Notes: generated from the sequence alone by a model not told the origin. A stretch of 64,000 nt of DNA from Treponemataceae bacterium (GCA_024413635.1 JAKSTT010000001.1:8433-72432), one strand, 5' to 3'. Shown: positions 19,788 through 28,613, counted from the first letter of the stretch. Program-made: numbers and translations.

Positions 19788-21272
19788 TTATCGCAGGTGT
19801 TTAGCAACTGTCGATACAATTTGTTCCCTGATTAGAGTATCGGAATTCTCCTCTTTTGATTTTAGATGTGCAGCAAGCGGAAGTACCGAAAAAAGTGCAT
19901 TTTTCGTCATTTTGTCCAGTTCTGAACGGAACTGGCTGGAAAACCGGCAGAACGTGTCTTTTTCAACGGGGGGATTTTCAGGCAGCCCAGTGCATGCTGT
20001 ATCCGGCAACTGGTGCTGCAATTGTACCATTCGCTCTTCCAGGGCTTCCCGGTAACTGTCCAGCACTTCAGTGGTCAGTGTTCCGGTCTTCGGGTTCCTT
20101 TTCAGCGGGGTGCAGTACATCAGCGTTGTATAACGGTTTTCAAGGGGATTGGTTCTGCCGTGCTGTGTCAGCCACTGCTCTTCAAGATAGGTGCCCCGGG
20201 CGTAGGGCTGGTTTCCTGGAAAGCCGAAGTCAGCCCCTATGAGCTGTACCTCGGAAAATCCCAGCTGGTACGCCAGTTCTACGGCACTATGGGTTACCGT
20301 TCCGGCACCGGCTGAGATATTCAGGAATGGCGGAGTATCTGGTGAAACCCACTGGGCACAGTATAAGCCCAGTGGATGGTTTTCATTGAAAAAGAGTATG
20401 GGACGCCCGGATTCTGCCCACAGTCTTGCGGCCCCCGGTGTACCGCACAAATCCGCTGCCAGAATGGTCTGAGACGGTACCGACTGTTCAGAAAGGAAAT
20501 GGCGCATGCTGGCAATCTGCGGATCAATGGTAACTACCATGTGAGGGGTAATGCCGTGTTTCAGAAGAACAGGCAGTGCCGTATCTACGGCAATAATCCA
20601 CCTGTCAGGCTCGGAACGCTCTGAAAGGGAAGCTAAGGACTTGTTCAGTGTGGGCCCGGCAGCGGCTATAAGGCAGCGGTCTGTTGCAGGTTTTTCCCAG
20701 TGGAAGGCCTTCTGTTCTGCAGAAAGAGTACACCAGAGATGAAAATTCTGCAGTATGTTCCGGTTCCACAGTTTGCCAAAATGCGCCTGCACGCCATAAT
20801 CACGGCTGACCCGGGTAATGGCGTTTCTGACGGCTTCTTCAAAAGCCTTTTTTTCTTCCGGCAGCAGCGCATTTTCCCAGCTCCGTACATTCTGCAGGCA
20901 GAAGTTACCGTGAATGGCGGGAAGATACGTCTGTACAATGGTTTCCTGCAGTTCCGGTAAGGTGGTTAGGTGCAGGTTCTCTCCGGTGGCAGGAAGGAGA
21001 TTCTGCGCCTGCAGATACGTAAGGGTCGCGGTATCCGGTTCTACAGCCACGATACAGGCTTCTGGATGCAGTTCCTGTAATGCCTTCAGATGAAGGCCGG
21101 TTCCAATTCCACCAATGACGTAAAAGCCTGCCTGTGAAAAACACTCCTGGGCGGCAAAGGACCGGCATTCCCGTTCCGGGCTGTACCGGGAATACAGGGT
21201 GCTGCCGTTGGCAAAGCAGGGAACCGGTTCCCCGGTTTTTGCCGTCATGATGGCGGTATACCTTCCGGTCAT
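19788..21272 (-). CDS. DUF115 (MptE-like) / motility-accessory-factor (Maf)-type protein
   Basis: CLIAAAGPTLNKSL...IIAVDTALPVLLKHGITPHMVVTIDPQ is the DUF115 core found in flagellin-glycosylation Maf proteins. Confidence 0.65.
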   Translation of the reverse strand: MTGRYTAIMTAKTGEPVPCFANGSTLYSRYSPERECRSFAAQECFSQAGFYVIGGIGTGLHLKALQELHPEACIVAVEPDTATLTYLQAQNLLPATGENLHLTTLPELQETIVQTYLPAIHGNFCLQNVRSWENALLPEEKKAFEEAVRNAITRVSRDYGVQAHFGKLWNRNILQNFHLWCTLSAEQKAFHWEKPATDRCLIAAAGPTLNKSLASLSERSEPDRWIIAVDTALPVLLKHGITPHMVVTIDPQIASMRHFLSEQSVPSQTILAADLCGTPGAARLWAESGRPILFFNENHPLGLYCAQWVSPDTPPFLNISAGAGTVTHSAVELAYQLGFSEVQLIGADFGFPGNQPYARGTYLEEQWLTQHGRTNPLENRYTTLMYCTPLKRNPKTGTLTTEVLDSYREALEERMVQLQHQLPDTACTGLPENPPVEKDTFCRFSSQFRSELDKMTKNALFSVLPLAAHLKSKEENSDTLIREQIVSTVAKHLR

Positions 21273-22840
21273 GACGCTGCTCCTTCAAGTTTTTCTGCCA
21301 GTAAAATCAGTTCACCCATAAAGGATTCAGCTTTATCGTAAAGAACGGCAATCTGTTCCGGGTTCTGATTGCGGTTTGCCATGAGATACTCCGGTAAGGC
21401 AGCGGACATAAGAAATGCTGTTACCAGCGGGGATGCCGCCAAAGTACCGCTTGCTGCAGTCAGCTCAGCCTGCAGCTGCCGCAGGGCGTTTGTTACCGGC
21501 TGATTTCCGGAACGGGAAATGGTTACCGTCTCAGTAAACGTAAGGCGTTCTGCCGGTTCTTCTGAAAGGAGCTGTGCCAGCCGGGCTGGAGGTATGTCCT
21601 TCAGGTACCCCAACTGGCTGTTAGTCTGCTGGTCCTCTTCAGAAATGACACGGTAGGCACGGCTCATTTTTTCAGCACTTCTGGTGGCAAACCAGTTCCG
21701 GTAGACGGCAAGACTGCCATTGGAAAAGGTTCTGGGCGTTGAGCGGTGTTCTTCCGGTGCCAGGCGGTAATCCTTCATGGATTCCCGAACTTCCAGGCAG
21801 TTTGGCTGGATATGCTGATAGCCGTTTCTGCTCTGCAGGTCTAGGCCGCAGAAAAAGACCTGACGGTCTGTAAGGGCTAAAGCAAGGCTTAACGCGGTTC
21901 CGCTGACCGTACCGTTACGAATCCCTATGAGGGGCTGTATCGTTTGTGTACGGCCTTCTACAGCGCTTAAAAGCCATGTTTCCAAAGGATCGCCGTAACT
22001 GATGTACTGGACGGGATGATGCTGCAGTAATTCTGAGGGAACCGCGGCTTCACTGGTGATCCACAATGGAACGGTCTGTAAACGGGAATCAGTAAGTAAT
22101 GGCGATAGGTGCCGGGTAGCCCACCAGCCGCCGTCAGTTGAAAGGACGGCATCAGGTATCAGGTTATGGAATGCCAGCGGGGATACGGCAGACGAAAGGG
22201 CCAGCAGAAAATACCGGTTACGATGTTCCTGCAGCAGGGGCAGAACCGGTTCCAGGGTTGGACCTGAAGCACAGACAATGACAGGCTTGGAAACAGGTAC
22301 CGTAGTGGCACTGTGACGTACCAGTGAAAAAAAACGGACGGTGTTTTTCAGCCAGCGCCGGTTAAAATAATTTCTGGTACCGGTAACATCCCGGGATTTA
22401 TTCATGTAGGCTTTTATGGCCTGCCAGGCAACTGTTGATTCATCAGGCCAGATTTTTTCTGATGGCGTCCAGGAAACAAACAGCGTTGAAAAGGCGGTGT
22501 CTTCTCCCAGAAGGCCAAACAGTGATTCAGAAAGGGTAAGGGCGTCAGTTTCAGGAGTACAGGGAAAAACCTGGTCAAAGTCCCTGTCATACCGGGAAAA
22601 AGCTGAGCTGTACTGTATGGCAATACAACGTGCATCAGGCCAGCGCTGTCTGAAAAAGGGAACGGTGTAACTGATACCGGGACCGGTGATGACGATAACG
22701 TTCGGATTGTAGTCAACGGTAATGCCGGAAACAAAACGTTCAGCTTCTTTCTGCGGGTCAAAGCGCGAATGGAGGAACAGACCGTTGCAGGAACAGGTCA
22801 ATGAGGTATTTCGGGCAGGTGAAAATTCCGGAGTAGGCAT
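21269..22840 (-). CDS. DUF115 (MptE-like) / Maf-type protein, paralogue
   Basis: VIVCASGPTLEPVL...LLALSSAVSPLAFHNLIPDAVLSTDGG. ATGA overlap with the downstream paralogue. Confidence 0.6.
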   Translation of the reverse strand: MPTPEFSPARNTSLTCSCNGLFLHSRFDPQKEAERFVSGITVDYNPNVIVITGPGISYTVPFFRQRWPDARCIAIQYSSAFSRYDRDFDQVFPCTPETDALTLSESLFGLLGEDTAFSTLFVSWTPSEKIWPDESTVAWQAIKAYMNKSRDVTGTRNYFNRRWLKNTVRFFSLVRHSATTVPVSKPVIVCASGPTLEPVLPLLQEHRNRYFLLALSSAVSPLAFHNLIPDAVLSTDGGWWATRHLSPLLTDSRLQTVPLWITSEAAVPSELLQHHPVQYISYGDPLETWLLSAVEGRTQTIQPLIGIRNGTVSGTALSLALALTDRQVFFCGLDLQSRNGYQHIQPNCLEVRESMKDYRLAPEEHRSTPRTFSNGSLAVYRNWFATRSAEKMSRAYRVISEEDQQTNSQLGYLKDIPPARLAQLLSEEPAERLTFTETVTISRSGNQPVTNALRQLQAELTAASGTLAASPLVTAFLMSAALPEYLMANRNQNPEQIAVLYDKAESFMGELILLAEKLEGAAS

Positions 22841-22845
22841 GAAGG

Positions 22846-23337
22846 TTATGCGGTCAGGTATTCATTGATACGTTCAAGACTGGTTTCCATTTCTGCCGGC
22901 TGGTAAAAATCATATTCACCTTCCTGGGGCAAAAGGAAAATGTAATCAAGGTGTAAGGATGGATTACTTACCCGGCGGATAATCAGCTGACGTATGTCAT
23001 TCCGGTCTTCCGGACAGAAAAGCTGCAGGTAATTGACCAGTTTCTCCCCACGGATACACAGCCAGTCTGTGTCATCAGAAAAGAGGGTTCCGTCCCAGAA
23101 ATCACGGGTGGAACAGGCGGTATCCAGGGAATCCGGCCGTATGCCCGCAGAACCTGCTACAGTGTAATGTGAACCTTCCGGTGTCAGAAGACAGAACCGG
23201 CTGTATCCGTAATCACGGGCAAACTGTTCAAAAAATGAAGCAGTTGTTTCCGGTTCCTGTTTCAATAGTGTTTCTGCTTTATGAAGAAGCCCTTCCGGCT
23301 TATGCGAAAGGGCTAGAATTCTTGAAAAAAGACCCAT
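22846..23337 (-). CDS. Hypothetical protein (163 aa)
   Basis: The ATG shares one nt with the TAA stop of the acidic protein gene (TAATG). No motif recognised. Confidence 0.5.
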   Translation of the reverse strand: MGLFSRILALSHKPEGLLHKAETLLKQEPETTASFFEQFARDYGYSRFCLLTPEGSHYTVAGSAGIRPDSLDTACSTRDFWDGTLFSDDTDWLCIRGEKLVNYLQLFCPEDRNDIRQLIIRRVSNPSLHLDYIFLLPQEGEYDFYQPAEMETSLERINEYLTA

Positions 23338-26300
23338 TATGCCAGGCCTAATTCAGTAAACAGTTTTTTGTATACATCAAAGTGCTCTGACCGGGCAAAT
23401 TCAGCAATCTTTTCTTCCGGAAGATTTTCAAGTAACTGATCCATGTACATCAGGACAGATTTTACATCTTCTTTCAGGTCTTCAGGAATTGCAGCGTCAG
23501 TTTCAGAGGTTTCGCCTTCAGCTGCCGGTTCTTCATCGGCAACGGGTTCATCTTCAACTGCCGGTTCTTCATCGGCAACCGGTTCATCTTCAACTGCCGG
23601 TTCTTCATCGGCAACTGGTTCATCTTCAACTGCCGGTTCTTCTTCAGAAACCGGCTCTTCAACGGCAGGTTCTTCGTCAGCAACTGGCTCCTCTGACGGC
23701 ATTTCGATGATGGTTTCTTCCATGTCATCAAAAGCAGGCCACTGTTCTTTGCCGAAAACTTCTTCTGTTGGAGTAGTATCGATTTCTTCGTCAGCATATT
23801 CAGAATCAGCTGAAGGTTCAGCAGGAGCATCTTCATCAAATACTGAGAAGGTTTCTTCTTCTGCAAGACCAATGTCTTCTTCGGTAGGGAATGAAGAAGT
23901 GGCATCAGTTTCGGTTTCTGATTCTGTCAGGTCTTCTGATTCATCAATGGGGTCATTTGCTGCTACTTCAAGAACTTCTTCCTCATTTCCCAGTTCCTCA
24001 GTCATCATGTCGATATTTTCATCGGAACTGAGGAAACTGTCGTTCTGGTCAGTAATGGAGTCAGCAATGGATTTTTCTTCTTCCATTCCATCAAGGAAGT
24101 CAGTTGTTGATGATTCTACGATAAAATCATCACCCATCTGTGGAATTTCAATTTCTTCAGGAAGTTCTTCTGATTCATCTTCCATCAGTGATTCAGTGAT
24201 GGCAAATTCATCAATAACCGGCTCTTCCAGAGGCTGTTCCATTGAATTAAATGATTCAGTCAGCTCATTTGAGTCAGCAACATCTGCATCTTCATAGAAT
24301 GACTGGTTTTCATCATCTGCAGCTTCATCAGTTACCGGTTCTTCAAAAGACGGTTCTTCAACAGCAGATTCTTCTACTGCCAGGTCGTCACCAAAAACAG
24401 GCTCTTCTTCGGCTGCCGGGGAAGGTTCTTCCATAACCGGTTCTTCTACGGTAATTTCGGGTGCTTCTTCTTCAGTAAAGTTGGCACAGTTCAGGATGTT
24501 ATCCAGTTCATCACCGGACAGTGAAATAGTGTCATCACCATCTTCATCACCAAAGAAACCACCGGCAGATGTTTCTTCTGCAGGTGTGAAATCTATCTCG
24601 TCTTCTTCGGCTGAGTCATCTGCCGGTGCTTCTGGAGCAGGACCGGCAGATACGCCCTGATTCTTCAGGTTGTCTACGTCAGCGCGGATAGAGGAAATTT
24701 CGCTTTTCAGTGAAGTAAGTTCACTTAAAATCTTTTCGAGCAGTGCGTTGTTTGTGGTTTCAGACATTGCTGGTTCTTCCTTTACATCTGTCAGGGCATC
24801 AAGAGAATCCTGAGAAATGGTTATTTCAGTATCTTCGGTAAAATCTTCATCAAGCTGTGCCAGTACAGCTTTCATATCATCACTCATAACATCTGATTCA
24901 GTCAGTTCCGGTTCTGGAGCAGGTTCTGCAGGAGTTTCTTCAACGGCAGGTACTGCAGCACGAACAGTAGCTGAAGCTTCATCAAATTCATCGTCCTCGT
25001 CAGAATCATCCATGTTGACGGTCATTTCGTAATCACGTACTTCCGGTTTTGAAGGAGTAAAGGACTGTGCTGGAGCGGCAGCCGCATTTTCGTGGTCAGA
25101 AGGCTGATCCGAATCTGCGTTCAAACTGCCAAGAAGATCATCAAATTCATTTACTTCATCAAATGAGATTTCTTCGCCTTCAGGAATAACGGCAGGTTCT
25201 TCGGTGGTTTCATCACCGGGGAATGATACTTCCTGGATAGAATCAAAAATGTCATCAACATCAAATGATTCATCAGGTGCAGATTCTGCTGCCATATCGG
25301 TTTCAATAGAATCTTCCGGTGATGCCTGGGTAGATCCGGCAAAAGAGTCATCAAAGGCCAGGTCAATATCAAGGGGATCATCGTTGGTGATGTCGTTTTT
25401 CTCTTCCTGTGGAGCTGACATAAAGTCGTCAAGACTGACAGATTCACTGGTGGTAAAGTCACGGAGACCGGTATCTTCAAAGGACAGTTCTTCTGAAACG
25501 GCAGGACTGCTCATGTCATCAGTAAGACCAAGGAAGTCATCGATGTTTACTTCTTCTGTGGCTGTGGTGTCAATGTCGAATGAAATTTCAGAGGTATCGT
25601 CGGTTGGCAGGGTAAAATCGTCTGCAGAAGGGGTAGTGCTGTCCTGCGTCTCCGGAACGGAAAGGGTAATATCTTCAAAAGAAACATCACCGAACATTTC
25701 CATGTCAGGTGTTTCCGGAGTGATGCTTACTTCAGGTTCCAGCGGGTTTTCGGCCACTGGGGTATCAAAGTCATCAAGGGCAACTTCTTCAAATGACGGG
25801 GTATCAAGTGCATCAGTGGCAGTGTCTACGGTTGTTTCCTCGACAACTGGTTCTTCGACAACAGTTTCTTCAGTAGAGAATTCTTCTGCAAAAATATCAT
25901 CTGCATTCATTTCAGGCATGTCCGGCATTTCAGGCACGTCTGATTCAGCAATGGTTTCTTCCATGTCCGGAATATCAAGTGAAAACTCTTCTGTAATTTC
26001 CGGTTCGTCTGCAGCTGATTCTTCAATGGAGAAATCGTCAAGAGCAGGTTCGTCTGCAGCTGATTCTTCAATGGAGAAGTCATCCAGAGCAATGTCTTCT
26101 GCGACAGGTTCTTCGATGGAGAAATCATCGAGGGAAATGTCTTCTGAAATGGTATCTTCAGTCAGCGGTATGTCAAAAACCGATTCGTCAATGAATGATT
26201 CTTCCGCAACAGGCTCCTCAGCGGTTACCGGTTCTTCTCCAACGGCGGGTTCTTCTACTGCGGCCTGCTCTTCAGCTGCCGGATCCTCTACGGCCGGTAC

Positions 26301-26540
26301 ATCGATGGTAAAGTCATCAGAGATAACTTCAGAAAAATCAGGCATTTCAGACAGTTCCGGTTCAACAGCCGGATCGTCGATAAAATCAAAGTCAGGAAGA
26401 TCAGCTACCAGGCTTTCGGCAGTGGTTTCCTCAACCGGTGTATCTGCAATGGGCGTTTCTTCATTGGCAGGCGCGGCTTTTTTTACCCATACGCCGTATT
26501 TTTCCAGTTCCTGAGAATCGTTTTCAAGTTCCAATGACAT
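23337..26540 (-). CDS. Hyper-acidic low-complexity repeat protein
   Basis: Start trimmed to ATG 26540 after AGGAG (MSLELENDSQELEKYGVWVKK). D/E/P/V/A/T-rich throughout, with many xDDF motifs. An internal heptad-like segment is present (NNALLEKILSELTSLKSEISSIRADVDNLKNQ). The C-terminal segment looks ordered (LMYMDQLLENLPEEKIAEFARSEHFDVYKKLFTELGLA). Confidence 0.7.
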   Translation of the reverse strand: MSLELENDSQELEKYGVWVKKAAPANEETPIADTPVEETTAESLVADLPDFDFIDDPAVEPELSEMPDFSEVISDDFTIDVPAVEDPAAEEQAAVEEPAVGEEPVTAEEPVAEESFIDESVFDIPLTEDTISEDISLDDFSIEEPVAEDIALDDFSIEESAADEPALDDFSIEESAADEPEITEEFSLDIPDMEETIAESDVPEMPDMPEMNADDIFAEEFSTEETVVEEPVVEETTVDTATDALDTPSFEEVALDDFDTPVAENPLEPEVSITPETPDMEMFGDVSFEDITLSVPETQDSTTPSADDFTLPTDDTSEISFDIDTTATEEVNIDDFLGLTDDMSSPAVSEELSFEDTGLRDFTTSESVSLDDFMSAPQEEKNDITNDDPLDIDLAFDDSFAGSTQASPEDSIETDMAAESAPDESFDVDDIFDSIQEVSFPGDETTEEPAVIPEGEEISFDEVNEFDDLLGSLNADSDQPSDHENAAAAPAQSFTPSKPEVRDYEMTVNMDDSDEDDEFDEASATVRAAVPAVEETPAEPAPEPELTESDVMSDDMKAVLAQLDEDFTEDTEITISQDSLDALTDVKEEPAMSETTNNALLEKILSELTSLKSEISSIRADVDNLKNQGVSAGPAPEAPADDSAEEDEIDFTPAEETSAGGFFGDEDGDDTISLSGDELDNILNCANFTEEEAPEITVEEPVMEEPSPAAEEEPVFGDDLAVEESAVEEPSFEEPVTDEAADDENQSFYEDADVADSNELTESFNSMEQPLEEPVIDEFAITESLMEDESEELPEEIEIPQMGDDFIVESSTTDFLDGMEEEKSIADSITDQNDSFLSSDENIDMMTEELGNEEEVLEVAANDPIDESEDLTESETETDATSSFPTEEDIGLAEEETFSVFDEDAPAEPSADSEYADEEIDTTPTEEVFGKEQWPAFDDMEETIIEMPSEEPVADEEPAVEEPVSEEEPAVEDEPVADEEPAVEDEPVADEEPAVEDEPVADEEPAAEGETSETDAAIPEDLKEDVKSVLMYMDQLLENLPEEKIAEFARSEHFDVYKKLFTELGLA
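23522..23629 (-). repeat. 3 x 36-nt perfect-frame tandem repeat (encodes EPAVEDEPVADE)
   Basis: Units at 23522, 23558 and 23594 are identical except at one position (g/c/t), which is a synonymous Pro codon. A degenerate fourth unit follows. Confidence 0.9.
26002..26091 (-). repeat. 2 x 45-nt tandem repeat (encodes LDDFSIEESAADEP-type unit)
   Basis: Units at 26002 and 26047 share their first 32 nt exactly, with 3 mismatches after that. A more diverged DDFSIEE unit follows. Confidence 0.85.
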
Positions 26541-26691
26541 AATCGCTCCTAATGTATCTGCTTTAAAAAGTATAGCACTCTTTTGCTTATACAGTATCGG
26601 CAAGATTTCCAATTTTTGCCACTTTTTTCTTGTCATATATATTTTCGCGTTAATCTCTGAAGAAAAATTTTCAGATGCCGAAAATGAGGAT

Positions 26692-27180
26692 ATGTCACGT
26701 TTAAAGTTTTTTGCATCAATCTGTGTAGGCTTTGCTGTCTACAGTATTCTTACCCTTACCATTGGCCAGAACGGCATATGGGCCTACAACCAGTTGGAAC
26801 TGCAGAGGGATGCCCTGACTGAAAACGTTGCGTCACTACAGGCAGTCAATGAAAATCTGATTCTGGATTATCAGTCCCTGATCTCAGATGAAGCACGCAT
26901 TAAAGCTCTTGCCAGAAAGCTCGGCTATGTGTGTGATGGGGAAGTGCTGGTGAAAATCAACGGCCTTACTGACCGCGGTACCAAAGTATATGACTGCGGA
27001 TCTGTATACCGTACTTCTGAACTGCTGTTTGTGGAAGAGCAGGTATGCAAGATGATGGGAATCATCTTTTTTGCACTCAGTTTCCTGCTGTTCACGGTAA
27101 CCGGATTACGGAAAAGAAAGCTGACTCCCAGAAGCAGCAATCCTGCTGCTGCAACCGTTGTTACAATCGTTTCCAGGTAA
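26692..27180 (+). CDS. Septum-formation-initiator (FtsB/DivIC)-like membrane protein
   Basis: N-terminal TM helix followed by a coiled coil (YNQLELQRDALTENVASLQAVNENL...DEARIKALARKLGYV). An extra C-terminal TM helix is present. Confidence 0.5.
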   Translation: MSRLKFFASICVGFAVYSILTLTIGQNGIWAYNQLELQRDALTENVASLQAVNENLILDYQSLISDEARIKALARKLGYVCDGEVLVKINGLTDRGTKVYDCGSVYRTSELLFVEEQVCKMMGIIFFALSFLLFTVTGLRKRKLTPRSSNPAAATVVTIVSR

Positions 27181-28054
27181 CTGAAACAGAGCGCCGCTCT
27201 GCGTTTTTGCTGTCGTCTTCTGCCGGCAGCAGTGTTGTTTTTGTCCCGCTTAACGTATCAGCATCATGTAATGAAAGACTCCAGGCTACTGGTTCTGCAC
27301 GGGTAGCTTCTGCAAGTGCTACTTCACGTGGCAGGTCCGGAAAGAACGATGCATTGGGTTTCCCGGTCTGAACCGCTTCAAGGGTGTTTCCTTTCAGTGT
27401 AATGCTGATGTTCATGGATGCCCCGTTATTGAAAATAACGAAACCGCGGCCGCTGCGTAAAATAATGATTTTATCAATCAGGGATTCACCTTTCCAGGTA
27501 CCGGCAAGGGCATCAAGGGTAAAGGCACCTGCAGAAACCGGCTTATCCGGGTGTACCGTTTCTACGTCTGCTTTTGCAGCGGTGGTTTTCTGGTGGTCAA
27601 TGACCTGACTGATCAGGTTTTTGGCATCCATGAGGATTTTATAATAGGATTCGTACGTATTCTCATAGCATACCGGTGTTTCTTCATCACATTGCAGCAG
27701 GTTCATGCGGCAAATCCAGCCGTTTGATTCTTTCTGCAGTTCAAGGCCAAAGAGAATATCGGTATTGGAAAGATCAGGAATGTCCACAAAGCCCATGGTA
27801 AAATCAGTCAGATACCAGGGCCGCATGTCAGTAACCGGCAGGTTTTCCGTCTGAAACTGGGTATAGAAAAGGTTTTCTGTCAGCTTAATGGTCGGATCGT
27901 CAGGGGTAGAGGTGCTGGTGGCAAAGAAGTACACAGAGGTAACCCTGTTCTGTGCACTCAGTGGACATAAGAGAAAAAGTAATACTGTCAGCAATGAAAG
28001 CTTTTTGTACAAGCTACCAGTCCTTATAATTCCCACCACCATATTGTGTCGCAA
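27161..28054 (-). CDS. Hypothetical secreted protein
   Basis: Signal peptide LLTVLLFLLCPLSAQ. No recognised domain. The 3' end overlaps the convergent gene by 20 nt. Confidence 0.5.
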   Translation of the reverse strand: MRHNMVVGIIRTGSLYKKLSLLTVLLFLLCPLSAQNRVTSVYFFATSTSTPDDPTIKLTENLFYTQFQTENLPVTDMRPWYLTDFTMGFVDIPDLSNTDILFGLELQKESNGWICRMNLLQCDEETPVCYENTYESYYKILMDAKNLISQVIDHQKTTAAKADVETVHPDKPVSAGAFTLDALAGTWKGESLIDKIIILRSGRGFVIFNNGASMNISITLKGNTLEAVQTGKPNASFFPDLPREVALAEATRAEPVAWSLSLHDADTLSGTKTTLLPAEDDSKNAERRSVSVTWKRL

Positions 28055-28091
28055 TTATGACAAAATTGCAACACATGTCAGAAATGGAACC

Positions 28092-28556
28092 TCAGCTGTC
28101 AATCCGTTTCCTGAATTCCCGCTGCATATCCCGTTTAACATCACGTTCCTTAATATCGGCACGTTTATCAAATTGCTTTTTACCTTTGCATAAGCCCAGG
28201 TTTACTTTCACCCTGCCGTTTTTCAGGTAAAAATCAAGGGGAATCAGCGTATAGCCTTTTTCCAGTGTTTTCCGTTCCAGGCGCTTGATCTGGTCACGGT
28301 GGAGCAGCAGTTTTTTCGGCCGGTCAGGATTATGGTTAAAGATAGAAGAATAGACGTACTCAGATATATGCAGTCCTTTTACCCAGACTTCACCATTGAT
28401 GATTTCTGCAAATGCGTCGGGAAATGAAATCTGGGCATTCTTGAATGATTTAACTTCGGTGCCTTCAAGGGCAATGCCGCATTCAATGGAGTCTTCCACG
28501 GAATAATTGAACCGTGCTTTTTTATTCTGTGCTATAAGTTTTGTACCTTCAGACAT
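28092..28556 (-). CDS. smpB: SsrA-binding protein
   Basis: IAQNKKARFNYSVED...GTEVKS...LLLHRDQI...LGLCKGKKQFDKR is a full-length SmpB signature. Confidence 0.95.
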   Translation of the reverse strand: MSEGTKLIAQNKKARFNYSVEDSIECGIALEGTEVKSFKNAQISFPDAFAEIINGEVWVKGLHISEYVYSSIFNHNPDRPKKLLLHRDQIKRLERKTLEKGYTLIPLDFYLKNGRVKVNLGLCKGKKQFDKRADIKERDVKRDMQREFRKRIDS

Positions 28557-28613
28557 ACCTATAGTATAGGGATTTTACGGTAAAATGGCAATTTTAGCCA
28601 TGTAAAGTCATGC

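Noticed and set aside
23522-23640. Regularly spaced 36-nt direct repeats that could suggest a CRISPR array
   Set aside because: The repeats are contiguous with no spacers, in frame, and lie inside a long coding ORF. No cas genes or leader are present.
25204-26514. 436-aa Ser-rich ORF on the + strand, plus the similar 284-aa ORF at 23443-24297
   Set aside because: Both lie fully antisense to the acidic-protein gene. GAA/GAT/GAG-rich codons read on the complement give TC-rich, stop-poor frames, hence the poly-Ser. The ORFs have no RBS and no independent signal. This is a compositional artefact.
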